A stretch of DNA of 63,237 nt, counting the filler, from Chiloscyllium plagiosum (Eukaryota): the NCBI RefSeq assembly GCF_004010195.1. It is 5 parts of one record of this genome, joined end to end, with 100 filler letters (N's around TTAATTAATTAA, not from the genome) between each part and the next. Parts side by side here need not be neighbours in the genome. Positions count along the whole stretch, not along the records: positions 1 to 16,968 come from NC_057711.1; positions 17,069 to 35,973 come from NC_057711.1; 3 more parts are not named here. One strand, 5' to 3'. The notes below the pieces were generated by a model. It was not told the origin of the DNA. It did no database searches and worked only from the letters and a program-made list of their open reading frames with translations. Shown here piece after piece: positions 14,067 through 26,247 of this stretch. The position numbers and the translations under genes were made by a program. Position 1 is the first letter of the stretch; each line of letters starts with the position of its first letter.

Positions 14067-14083
14067 ACAGAGACTCAGTAAAG
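14067..14083 (+). CDS. TLE4: TLE4 17-nt microexon (DRDSVK)
   Basis: aacAG|ACAGAGACTCAGTAAAG|gtaagt. With the leftover G from 9406 it reads GAC AGA GAC TCA GTA AAG = DRDSVK (mammalian TLE4 has DRDSIK) and restores phase 0. Consensus donor. Confidence 0.9.
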
Positions 14084-14547
14084 GTAAGTTACAACTCTGT
14101 TTTTATTTCACAAAAAGGATTTAAAAAAATCCATTGATGACTTCTTACTTTGTTTATTCTTTTTAGTTTTTAGTTAATTGTTCCTATACCTTTTGACATT
14201 ATTGCAGTACTAATAACAAGAATGCACTGATCGATACAATAGCAAATATCATCTTTAAAACCATGCTTGTAGATATGTTCATTTTCAAGCTGAAATTAGA
14301 AACTGTTGTTCCTCAAAGAGAAATCTACAATCACAAAGCATCAACCTTTCCTTTATAGTGTACCACCGTTCTTCTGACCCATGTTGATGGTAAGTGGGAA
14401 ATAGATATTTGTTCTTCGTACCTTTGAGGCTGGGCCTTGGAAACCAGGCCAGCTTGACATTATGGAAGATGAACACTTAGCTTTTCTTAGGTTTTTATGT
14501 GCCAGAGATGGGAGCATATTGAGCAGATGCTGCATTACATATTGTAA

Positions 14548-14631
14548 CAAAGGTAGACAAGCAGGAAGCTGGAAGAATACAGCAAGCCAGGCAGCATCAG
14601 GAGGTGGAGAAGTCAACCCTTCTTCAGGACT
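14548..14631 (-). mobile_element. Penelope terminal-repeat fragment
   Basis: gctggaagaatacagcaagccaggcagcatcagg...cccttcttcagga, related to family A termini. Confidence 0.65.
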
Positions 14632-15029
14632 CGAGCTTGCTTTTTTAATTGACAAAGTTGATGGCCAAACAAAGCAGTTAACCAGAATTTTATTTAATCT
14701 TCCAGTACAAAGAATTGTTTCAGTGTAGGTGTTTGATCAAATGTGACTACTACTTTGAGATGTAAAATATAAGTAGTTTTGAAAAAATTGTATTTGTTAA
14801 GCATCTTTTCACTGTCTTCAGTGCTTTGCAAAGCCCTTTTAGAATAAGTTATTTATTTTCATGGTTTTGTTTCTGAGATAAATTAATTGTTAAATAGACA
14901 AATGTCACAGCCCATTTCTAGGCATAACAATTTTTTTTAATGGTTGAGAAGAATCTTTGGCAATGTACTGGAGAACTTCCTGATCATCTTGCATATTTGT
15001 TTTATTCCTTTAAGGGAATCAGCATCATT

Positions 15030-15230
15030 GTTAAGGCTTATCTTTGTGGCCATTCCTAAATGCTGTTGAGAAGGTGGTGGTGAGCTGCATGTTGAGCCAA
15101 TGCAGACCATCTATTGCAAGTGCCCTCCCAGTGCTGTTGGAGAGGGATTTCCAGGGTTTTCCAGTGACAGTGGTAAAACTCCAAGTCAGGATGAGGGTGT
15201 GGATTGCAGAGCAACTTCTGAGGTTTACTG
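15030..15230 (-). mobile_element. Old LINE 3' fragment (CR1/L2 group)
   Basis: ttgagaaggtggtggtgagctgc...ccaagtcaggatg. A related decayed copy lies at about 51600-51850. Confidence 0.55.
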
Positions 15231-15329
15231 AATAAATGAGGTTCAAACTAGTGCAGTAAGTGAAAGTGAGACGAATAAGTAAGCTATTTAATAATTAATT
15301 ACATCAATTGTTTAATTAAGACAATAAAA

Positions 15330-15875
15330 GTGGTAGGACAGGTGATGTGTTGTGACTACAGGCTGCGCAATCTCCTGGAATCTACTGTAATCCAGAGAAA
15401 CATGTTTGCAGTAATTGTCTGTGACTCAAGGAATTTCAGCTCCAGTTTTACTCACTGAAAGGGCTGAGTTGCAAGCTCTGACACATCAGGGAGGGGGAAA
15501 GTTACTGAGACGCTTTGTTCCAGAAAGTAGTCACACCTCTGAGGAAAGGGAAGCTGATTTAGTTAGTGGTCAAGGACAGGAAAGAGTGATTGTGAGTGAG
15601 GCAGACTCAGACCCCAGATAGATGGGAAGAAACTTAACCATTGCACTTGTCCAATGGGTTTGAGGTTCTTGAGTCTGTGCGTGGATGAACAAACTGATCA
15701 AGGCACCATTGCATTGAAAACCATTTCAGTAGGAGAAATTAATCAGAATATAGTGATAGTATGGGAGAGGATAGCCAACTGGGGGATGGTGGGGGTTGGG
15801 AGTGGTTGGTGGAGGAGATGTTGGGAACCAATGTAGTTCTATGCGGCTCAGCAGGAATCCAGAGGGCTGTGTTAC
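15330..15875 (+). mobile_element. Decayed CR1 ORF1 fragment
   Basis: Zn-finger-like CxxC remnant followed by AELQAL.., colinear with the ORF1 copies at 17069 and 33541. Confidence 0.5.
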
Positions 15876-15899
15876 CAGCCCAGTGCCAGGGTTTGGCTG

Positions 15900-16162
15900 T
15901 TGAGAAACAGTTTGCAGACCCATGTAGATGCAATGGTCAAGAAGGCACAATAATGTCTCTTTCTCAAGCGGCTTAGGAAATTTGGCATGTTCATAAGGGT
16001 CTTCATCAAATTTTGCAAATGCACCAAAGAAAGCATGCAATCCGGTGCATAAAGGCCTGGTACAGCAACTGCTCTGCTTACTATGATCTGCCTGTACTGC
16101 TCGCAAACAAAGCTTTTCACTGTACTAACATACATGTGACCACAATAAATCAAATTAAATCC
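15900..16162 (+). mobile_element. Rex1/Babar-like LINE 3' fragment
   Basis: Frameshifted VKKAQ..LKRLRKFGM...CTKES..SG..AWYSNCS, followed by the tail ttttcactgtac...aataaatcaaattaaatc. Confidence 0.7.
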
Positions 16163-16239
16163 GATCAGCTCATCAGCTCTGGACTGGGGACAATCTTGTC
16201 ATGGGAGTTCATAACATAGGGGGTATGGTGTGTTGGTGG

Positions 16240-16812
16240 AGGCTTGATTAGTCAATAAGAAACAGCATAAGTATAACTGCAGCATTTTTGGCTTGGTAAG
16301 ATATGGTGAGTGGAGTGCTATAGAGATCAGTGCTGAGGCCTCAACTATTCACAATTGATAATAGTTACTTGTTTGAAGGAACTGAAGTATCGGTGTTAAA
16401 TTTGTTGATGACACAAACTTAGATACGAAAATAAGTTGTGAAGGCGACATAGAGTCTCAAAGGGATAAATTAAATAATGTCGTTTATTGCAAAAATGCCA
16501 CAAGAGCTCTGTAAGTCCTGCAGCATCTGTGGAGAGTGAAACAGGGATAACATTTTAAGTTGATATGACTGTAATTCAGAACATCAAGTTTTAAATCTGT
16601 TGAACTCTGTTCCCCAGAGAGCAGTGGAGCAGGAATCTTTGAATATATTTAAGACTGAAGTAAATAGATTCTTGATTGTCAAAAGTGTTAAAGGTTCCTT
16701 GGGTAGGAATAAATGTGGAGTTGAGGCCACAATCATTTAACCATGATGTCATTGAATGAAGCAGGCTCAAGGGACTAAAGAGATGACCCTGCTGTTTATT
16801 TGTATGTTCATG
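16240..16812 (+). mobile_element. Decayed CR1 RT and 3' fragments with a small Penelope-terminus piece (~16490-16580)
   Basis: KFVDDT motif (aaatttgttgatgacaca) and a CR1 3' UTR at 16620-16810. Confidence 0.6.
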
Positions 16813-16968
16813 CCGGAATATGAGAACCGGAGCCTGCCCCATGGTTGAGTGCACTCAGGACTGATGGAACAATTTGTAATGCCTTTTACCCGGGCGGGGG
16901 CGGGGGGGTTTAAACTAATTTGGCAGGAGGATGGGATCCGGACTTGTAGTCCAGCAAGTAGGCTAGCT

Positions 16969-17068
16969 NNNNNNNNNNNNNNNNNNNNNNNNNNNNNNNN
17001 NNNNNNNNNNNNTTAATTAATTAANNNNNNNNNNNNNNNNNNNNNNNNNNNNNNNNNNNNNNNNNNNN
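16969..17068. other. Artificial gap spacer (44 N + TTAATTAATTAA + 44 N)
   Basis: Exactly 100 bp. The linker puts stop codons in all six frames and is identical at four sites. Confidence 0.97.
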
Positions 17069-17575
17069 AGACACGATCAGAGACATCACGTACCCTTGCA
17101 CCTGGGAGGCAACATACCAAACGTGTGTCTCTCTCGTTCCCACAAAACCGCCTATCTGTGCCCCGAACTTTCGAGTCCCCAATTACTACTGCTCTGCTCT
17201 TCTTCGCCCTTCCCTTCTGAGTAACGGGGACAGGCTCCGTGCCAGAAGCCTGAGCCCCGTTACTTACCCCTGGTAAGTCGTACCCCCCCCAAGTATCCAA
17301 AATGGTATACTTGTTCTTGAGGGGAACGGCTGCAGGGGGTCCCTGCACTGGTTGCTTCCTCCCAGTCCCCCTCACTGTCACCCATCTATCTGCCATCTTT
17401 GGAGTTACTACTTCCCTAAAGCTCCGATCTATGACCCCCTCTGCCTCCCGAATGATCCTAAGTTCATCCAACTCCAGCTCCAGTTCCCTAACACGTCTTG
17501 GAGGAGCTGGAGATGGGTGCACTTCCTGCAAGTGTAATCAGCAGGGACGTCCATGGCATCCCTCACCTCAAACAT
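17069..17575 (-). mobile_element. Young CR1 LINE ORF1 (Zn finger, coiled coil, start of SGNH esterase), running into the gap
   Basis: YTCRKC...VRELELELDELRIIRE...VVIGDSKVRGTDRRFCG...VCCLPGARVRDVS. Confidence 0.9.
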
Positions 17576-18067
17576 TGAATAATAGTAGCAGCAAGGGAAA
17601 CTTCAAAAGGCAGGATCTGAAATCAAATAACAGCAGACAAGGTGTAGCAGAATAATGGGATAATTTCTTTTAAAAAAAAAGAAAGAAAAAATAATTGAAC
17701 TGCTCATCCAGATCAGTACAGTAATCGATTGGATGGCAGGTCCAGTAGGGGTTTTGCCATTTCCATAGCCATTTAAAAATGTAGGCAGCTCCCATTGAGG
17801 CCAGAAATGAGAAAACTGGAAACAGAAGTTTTAGATCAACAGGACTGCATCAGGGTTTCACACATCGCTTTGACATCTGTGTGTTACACGTGATTGAATA
17901 TAGCTCGCAAATGACAGAGTTAGCACATTTTTACCTGCTGTGAGTGCAGAGCAGAAGATGTTCCTAAAAGATGAAAGTACTACAGAATTTGAACTGTTAA
18001 TCCAAGTGTTTGACAGGTACTTTAGCCCCAAATAAAATCCAGTAATAGAAAGGATGAGATTTATTCA

Positions 18068-18251
18068 TGATTCGGAGATGCCGGTGTTGGACTGGGGTGT
18101 ACAAAATTAAAAATCACACAACACCAGGTTATAGTCCAACAGGTTTAATTGGAAGCACCAGCTTTCAGAGCGCTGCTCCTTCATCAGGTGGTTGAGCAGC
18201 GCTCTGAAAGCTAGTGCTTCCAAATAAACCTGTTGGACTATAACCTGGAGT
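18068..18251. mobile_element. Penelope-derived palindromic element (family B) inserted in the Gypsy gag
   Basis: Inverted arms ccaggttatagtccaacagg...gcgctgctc / gagcagcgc...cctgttggactataacctgg. Candidate TSD tttattca at 18060-18067 and 18252-18259. Confidence 0.82.
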
Positions 18252-18644
18252 TTTATTCAACAATCTCATTGATGTGGAGAATTGATCGAAGTGTTTTTGA
18301 TACCTTATTACATAATAATGACAAGCTGTTATTGGTATGAAGCATTAAAGAATAGGTTAATTAGACATCATAGTGTCAGTGATGATTGCCTTTAATCTAA
18401 AAGGGATTAATTGTTTTTCAACCAAAGATCAGTATCTAAAATCGGTGCAATGAAAACAGAAATTGCTGGAAAAGCTCAGCATGTCTGGCAGTATCTGAGT
18501 ATCGGAGAGAAATCAGAGTTTTCAGAGAGCGACATTAAGAATTCTTGAGTGAAAACAAGACATAATTTGCCATTTGGAAGATATCCCAGTCAGAGAAACT
18601 GGAAGATAACAATTAGATCAGGGCAATTTTAAAGATATTAGTAG

Positions 18645-18836
18645 ATCAGTTAGTTAGATGATTGGATTGTGATGCAGAGTGGTGCCTAACAGCATGGGTG
18701 AAATTCTATACTGGCTGAAAGTTGCACCTTCTCAAACTTGCCTCTTGCCAGAGATATGTGACCCTCAGGTTAAACCACCCCTTTCTAACAGGTAGGAACA
18801 TGGTGACCTGGTAGGTAACATGGTGACTTTACCTTT
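18645..18836 (+). mobile_element. Decayed tRNA-derived SINE
   Basis: Degenerate A/B-box head, body motif gtgaccctcaggttaaaccacc, and actttaccttt tail. Confidence 0.5.
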
Positions 18837-20790
18837 TTACAGAATGCAGGCCTACACTTAAGAGGAAGTATCAAGTCTCAAGAGCAACATTCACATTTTT
18901 GGGGCAAAAACCAATCCAAGAACCCTGAAAGACAAGGGTCACAAATAAATTTCCAGCATGGTTTATAAATAACAGACAATGTTTCTTAGACATGTGAATC
19001 AAGTGGGAAAATTTAGTTCACTCAATCCATAAGAGAGCTCACGATGAAAGGATAGCAAACCTAGGTAATTAGGAATAGACTGCAGTTTTTCAAAAGATTG
19101 AGGACAGTTACTCTCCACAGACTTACTGTTCACCTATAGTCCAGGCTCATTTATCCAGAGGCATTCTGTTCACAAGGTTAGAGTAGTTCTCATTAATTTG
19201 CAAGCTGATGGAACCAGGAAGCCTATGTACTTCACATCGAGAGCATTAATTGATAATGAACAAATCAAGAATTGAAAAGTTATCCCATATAAAAGAAACA
19301 ATTCATCATTGTGGAACACCTATTGATGAACACTTAGTGGGATTGTAAAATAGCTTTCCAATATCGGTTAGGCAAAAATAGATGGAGAGGCAGCTTGTAA
19401 GCGGGATGCAAACACTTCACAGAGAGATATTGGTAGGTTAAGTAAATGACCAAAACACTCCACGGGGAACATATAGGAATCACAAAATGCAGAGCTCAAC
19501 CATCAGTACAGTTACTAAGCAATTACAAAAGAAAGTAAATTTTGACTCACCAGGTCACACAGGTGTCATCAGCAGTCAAAAGCCAGCAAGATTGTTAATG
19601 ACTTCCCAGTTTCCAGAAAGGCCATGGGAGAGACTAGTAATGGATTTATTCAATTTCAAAGTAAATATTTAATCCTAGTAGCCTACTGCTCAAAATGGAT
19701 CAACCTTTCAAAACTTCATTCAGCCACAGTGGAATCAATGATTGAAGCACTGAAATGAGAATTTGCAATGCAAAATTTCCCAAAGGAAATAATTTCAGAT
19801 AGGAGACCTCAACTTGTGAATGAGGAATTCAGGAAGTTCACTTCGGAGGTCAATTGCCAAGTTCTCCACTTCCTCCTCAGTCAAATGGAGAAGCAGGAAG
19901 TTGCCAATGCAGGTTAGGAAAGTGCATTACTCAGCTTTAGACCATATTAAATAATGAATATTCACCAGCAGAACTACACATGGTGGAAGATGGAAGGCAG
20001 ATATACCAATGTTAAAGTGCAATCTAAAGATGAGAAAAATAAAAGAAAAAAATGCCTTACCTCTGAACTGGATAAGTGTGGGAAAGTTGCACATTGTCTC
20101 ATCTTGGCTTATGTTAGTCCAGTAGTAAGATGGGTCTCGACAGTTTTAGATAGATCCAGTTTCAATGAACAACCAGGAAATCTTCTGTGTCTTGTCTAGT
20201 TATACACATTCCAAAAGATTGTTGCTGACCCACTTTGAATATTGTTGGACCAGAGCTTGGTGTAACCTGGCTACACTGCTGGAATCAGTCTTCACATGCC
20301 AGGTTAGATAAATCTCTTATGTCACTGAGAGTAGGAGACCCTGTGGTCATCCTCAACTAGTTTGGGTTTCTAGTCAAAGTGGTTTACTGGCCTGTGGTAG
20401 CAATTGCATGGAAACAACGACTTTGCTCACAAGTGAGAACCAATACAGGATTTGGCATTCCAAAGAATCTAACGACCTGCTATCCCTTCCTTAAACTCTA
20501 TATTTTATAAAGAACCGAAGTTGTACATTAATTATATGATAAATGCTTCTGCTCTATCTTTACATAATTACCATACAGTTCCCATCAAAAAAACATTAAT
20601 GCATGGAGTTCTCAATAAGTACGGATTAATATGGTGCGGTAGCAAGAGCCAGTCAACCTAGACAAAGTGTTCATTGGCAAGAACCTACTGGCTGACTGTG
20701 AATGAATAAGGTAAATTCTGTTGTATTATTGATGCTTTGGGATTTGCTTTCTGTAATAATTCTGAATTTGTTCTTCTAACACATTCTTAA

Positions 20791-21047
20791 ACATCTTTCT
20801 TACACATTCTCCTCACACATTTTAAGCGTATTTTTCATGTCTCAAAGCTCCCTAGGAACAATATGTATTGGCTAAGTAAATTGATTGTAGATTCCAGATC
20901 ACTTGAGAAGTAAGAGAACAGTCATGATCTCATAACAATGAGCCTTATCTCATAACAATTCTCATCCAAAAACCAGTCATGTAATGCAGATGCAAAAAGA
21001 TAGATAGGGGTAATTTGTGTAATAGTATAGTTATAGAATGTATCAAA
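20791..21047 (+). repeat. Local duplication, copy 1 (copy 2 is split between 22117-22251 and 23712-23810)
   Basis: Shared blocks catctttcttacacat, ggctaagtaaattgattg, acttgagaagta, cataacaat.ctcatccaaaa and cagtcatg.aatgcagatg. Confidence 0.8.
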
Positions 21048-22257
21048 ACAGCTGACAAATATTATATTACACACACACACAATAACATATTAAACATTTT
21101 AAAACACACAAGGGTTGACTTTATGAAATTGTAGTACTTTCAATGAATATAAAATCTTGGAATTGGGTCAATTCGAATTGCTAGATTCCCAAAGTGGACT
21201 CTAGATATTGTAACATAAATTCCCAAACTTTCTGCAGTGTCTCAATTAATGGAAGTATGAGAATTTGGGAGTTTCAATGCCACTGTGGATTGGAAAGATG
21301 TTATTTCAACTCTTGGACTAAATTTGATAACTGAGATGCATGTAGTCTATTTGCTGACAGCAATGCCCAAGATCAATTTGTCTCAATGTGAATTCCACTG
21401 GCAATGAGCCCAGAACACAGTGCTATCCAAATGCCCACATTAATTGTTGTTAATTTGCCAATCAGCTTTTTCAAAAAGAGCATGAGTTTGGCTAGTGTGG
21501 ATAATAACAGCATCAGATTGAAACATTAGGTGGTGCTCTTCCAAATTGGGGATGGAGATTTTAGCTACACCATGCCACAGCTTTGAGAGTAGTTAATGTG
21601 GTCATCAAGAGGCATGAGTGCAGAAAGTTCCTTTTGTCAATATCCTGCAAAAATATAAATTTATATAAAAGGAAAATGTTTACATTTTCTGAACTTACAC
21701 ATGCTTCAGGAATAAGGGACTGAATTTTGTCTTAAATGTCCCTTCGTTGGCAGCAGAAACTGTGACATTAGATGTTAAGTGACTGGTGATGTGCAATCTT
21801 GCCTTGACATTGCAGAAACCCCTGGAGTTTATAGGTCACTAGGGAAGCTGCACAATTGTTGATGGCAAGACAGGAGGCATCTGAGACACACTAGGTTTTG
21901 TTCTCCACCACTGAGCACAAAGAGTTCTATAGAAAGCATGGCTGACCTAAGGAAATTGTAAGTTGTTAACCTATTGGTGTTTATGTTTTCTGATGTCGGT
22001 CAGGGTTGTCAAACCAGAAAGAGTTGAAGAGATCAAAGACCAGCTAGCCTTCCATCTCTGTGGAAGAAGATGATTCCTCAGAAGGTCAAATGTCACAGCA
22101 TTCGCTTGAACCTTAAGCATCTTTCTTACACATCCTTATTTAGCTGTAATGTTTCAAAGCTCTTCCAGGAACAAGGTCGGAACAAGGTCTATTTGGCTAA
22201 GTAAATTGATTGCAGATTCCTACTTGAGAAGTAGGAGAACTGTCACAATCCAAAGCC

Positions 22258-23710
22258 TTAAAAGAACATAAGAAATAGGCCATCTGTCCCCTCAAGCATG
22301 TTCTGCCATTCAATACGATCATGGCTGATCTTTTTCATAAACTCAACTTTACATTCCCACTCACCATAACCCTTAATTCTTTTACTCATTAGCTACCCGA
22401 TGAAGGAGCAGCACTCCTAAAGCTAGTGCTTCCAAATAAACCTGTTGGACTATAACCTGGTGTTGTGTGATTTTTTACATTGTCCACCCCAGTCCAACAC
22501 CGGCACCTCCACATCAGCGCTTAAAAAACATTCAACAAGGCAGCCTCAACTGCTTCACTAGACAGGGATTTTTTAAAATAGCTTTTCTCATGGCTTTCTG
22601 TTGAACATTTAAAGATTTGCAATCCTCTAGTTTCCCACTAATCTTTGCCACTTTGTATGCATTAGCTTTCAATTTGATATCTTCCTTTATTTCCTTAGTT
22701 ATCCATGGCTAATTATCCCTTTTTCTACAGCCCCTTTTCACTGATATATACTTTTGCTGAGCACAATGAAAAATCACTTTGAAAAATCACTCCACTGTGC
22801 CTCAATTGTCCCACCATACAGTCTTTGATCCCATTCTACCTTAGCAAATTCCTCCCTCATCCTATTATAGTCTCCTTTGTTTAAGTACAAGACACTGATA
22901 TTCGATTTTACCTTCTCACCATCTGTATTTTAAATTCAACCATATTGTGATTGCTCCTTCTGAGAGGATCCCTAACTATGAGATCATTAGTTATTTAAGT
23001 CTCATTACACAAGATCAGATCTAGGATAGCTGGCTCCCTCATGGGTTCCATTACATACTGTTCGAGAAAACTATTGCAAATACATTCTATGAACCCCTCT
23101 GCCTTGACCAACTTGGTTTGACCAATCAAAATGTAGAATAAGATCCCTCATGATAGTTGCCGTACTTTTTTGTATGCAGTTATTTCTGTGTTCATTGCCC
23201 ACCTCACCATGATGTTATTATTTGGTGGTCTGTAGACTATGCTTATCAGTGACTTTTATTCCCTTACTATATTGATTCCACAGAAACTATATCATCTCTC
23301 ACTACCACACCGATGTCATCCTTAAATATCATAGCTTTCCTTCCTGTCTGTCCTTCCGAATAGTCTGATACCCCTGGATATTTAACTCCCAATCATGACC
23401 ACCCTTCAGCTGTCCCTGAAATAGCCACTAAATCATACCCATTTGTGATGACTTATGCCACCAGCTCATTAACCTTGTTTAGAATGCTATGAGCATTCAG
23501 GCAAAGTGCCCTTACACTAGTTTTTATACCTTCTTTTTGAATTTTAACACTTCCACCAGAAGAATTTTGTTTTTAAACATTCTCTGTTTTTCTGTCACTC
23601 CCTAGTTTCCACTTACCTTAATGCTACACAGCTCAGCTGTTTCTTACTTTTTATTTACAATCTTGATTGTCTTTTTTTCTCAAGGCCTCATCCACTCTAG
23701 CTAACTCTAT
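22258..23710 (-). mobile_element. Internally deleted CR1 LINE with a nested family-B Penelope terminus (22392-22516)
   Basis: aagaacataagaa tail at left, antisense endonuclease-region sequence at 22880-23520, and Penelope gctagtgcttccaaataaacctgttgg. Confidence 0.75.
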
Positions 23711-26247
23711 GCCATAACAATCCTCATCCAAAACTCAGTCATGCAATGCAGATGAAGGAAAAAGACAGGGGTTATCAGTTCTAATAGAATGGCTATGGCA
23801 TGCTTCAAATGTAGATCCTTTAAGGTTGATGGGTATAACTTCCTGACTAGATACAGGGTCACAAGCTGCTGAGCACATCCCAGACAGGCCTAAGCAGCTG
23901 AAGGAGAATCTGACAGTTGACACCACCGACAGGCAAAGGGACTGTAGAAAACTAAGGCAACACTGAGCTCCAGGCTGATCATGTGCCTTTCAGGTGGTAC
24001 CATATGGCAACTGCTGCTATGGCAGTGAAAAGTAATGGAATACCTAACAGAGCTGTTACAAGCTAGGCACACCTATGCATAGTTGATGGAGTGCAACCAA
24101 ACCATGAAGACTGCATGAATCTGTCATCTGTGAGCATGGTTTCTTCCATGGATTCGTTTATGACCCTCATGAGATGCCTGACCCAGCAGACCATTCAGTG
24201 GCTGCCAGAGATGTTTGCCACTCCATCACTTTATCTCTGAGTTCCGTTCATGGGTAGGGAAGAGAGGTGAACAAGGCTGTTGGAGTTTCCACCAGATCAT
24301 GTTCTTCACAGGTTAGTAAGGAAGCAGAAGTGTGCCCTGCAAAACAGGAGGAGTGGCTAATTTCTGCTCTGGTCACTGTTCTCTGGGCACCCCTGGTGTT
24401 GACAGCAGTTCCTCAACCGTCTTGCCGGTGACACAAATGCCTCACATATTTTCACACAGTAAAGATGAAAATTTCATGCAGATAGGGTTGAGGAGATATT
24501 TAGTACATATGTGGAAAGATATTATTGTCCACGGGTGCTTTGTTTGGCATGCATATTATAGATATTATCTAGGTAAGTATATTATCTGCTCTGTCACTGG
24601 GAGCAATTCCTAATTATTTGCAAAATAAGTGTAAATGTAGACTTCTGTGCACAAATATTTCCTGACTGGAATAAATGTCACTTTTCACTGTTGACAAGCT
24701 GGCAGTTAATAATTTTATATTTACACACCAATGCCAGTTGTATTGAATGAGCTACAATCAAACTTTATACAATAATGTCTGTGATTAAGCACAAGCAATA
24801 AATGTGTGCACTGCTAACAAGCTTTCTATAGTTTTAAAAAAAATTATTGTGGAAAATTAAGCTACTGACAGTCAGAGACATATATCTGATGTATCTGACT
24901 TATCCAAATGATAAAACTTGAACTAAAATTCCTTTACTCTTTGCTGCAATTTCCCATATAGAATCATGAATCATTATCATTGGAGATTATCACATGTTAG
25001 AAGCATGTGAGCAGTTATTATATTTACAGTAAACTAGTCTGTAGAAAGTAGAGTGTTTTGGCAATAGCCAATGACACTGCTACACATACAGAGGCATGTG
25101 TATAGAGAGACATGTTTGTGTTGATGGGAAGCTAATGTCAATAGATAAACATCTTCGAGGGCAAAGTCTTTGCTATAGCTCCAACATAAATCTGTTCTCT
25201 TACATCAATTTTATATATAGTTTACAAAAGGCTTACCTTAACATCGATCTGAAAGCTACTGTGAAAGATTGCCTGAAACAAACTTAGAGGCACAATTCAG
25301 ATTTAAGTTTAAATCTGTTGTACACTGCCAACTAAATTAATATTAAAGCTTAACTTGCTTTTGAACCCTGATGAACAAGAGACTGCACTTCTGTCTGGCT
25401 GAAGGATTATATCCAAAGGTTTCAAATATTGTTCCAAGAAGACAGCTTTTTTAGACAATTGTGATGTGGTAATACTTTTGTTTGCCCCATTTTGCTGTCA
25501 GTGAACATTTGGATAACTCCATATTTTCTCCTTTCCTTTTAGTCCACAACTACTATAATATTCAAAACGTATGCTTCCTTGAGGTCAAAATTGTTGTGAT
25601 TTCACTCCATTGCTGAAATCGTGTTGGGCATCCTTTATTTATTCAATTCTTCGGCCCTAAAACAATGGAATTGCTTTATTTTAAGATTTAGAATGGACCT
25701 GTTGAAGTCCAACACATGTGGCTATCCCATGACCAGTAAGCCTGGTATCCAACAACAGTATGGTGACACTGAGCAGAATAATCAGTTATAGCCCAAGATA
25801 TCATGTGCAATTCACTCCCTAGTCAAGGTTTCTGATGGAGTTAAGTTCTGCCCTAATTTTAGCCACTGGATGATGGTGAAACTGAGTCCATTGAAACATC
25901 AAGCCAAGAATTTTAGGATCTAAGTTGAGTATCAATTCAACAAATACCAAAGCTGTATGATTTTCATACATATTTCTGGAAGAATGGATAATTGGTTTCA
26001 GTGCTTCCATAATTTCAAATCCATTTGATTTGGTCTTATCAATTCTCTTATCAATTTTAACAATAGATCACTTTTATCAATTATTTTATCAATGTGAAGT
26101 ATAGCCAGTCCTTTTCATTTCTCCTTTTTCATAATTTCTTTTAGCTCATCTAATGTCTTAACCTTCTCCTTGACCAGGATTTTAGCAACATTTTAATTCT
26201 CAGTAAAGACCATGTGTCCAATTCACATCCAAAGTGTTCTCTTCCCC

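Larger units (their letters stand above)
17760..19990 (+). mobile_element. Highly decayed Gypsy LTR-retrotransposon internal region (gag, RNase H and integrase remnants)
   Basis: gag-like FDRYFSPK*NPVIERMRF (~18000-18062), RNase H-like QADGTRKPMYFTSRAL (~19201), and integrase-like PERPWERLVMDLF...EIISDRRPQ...PQSNGEA (19610-19900). Confidence 0.75.

Noticed and set aside
17013..17024. TTAATTAATTAA palindrome repeated four times (also 36018, 40248, 45419)
   Set aside because: Always centred in 44+44 Ns, so it is a synthetic six-frame-stop spacer and not biology. ORF ends reading ...XXXLIN are artefacts.
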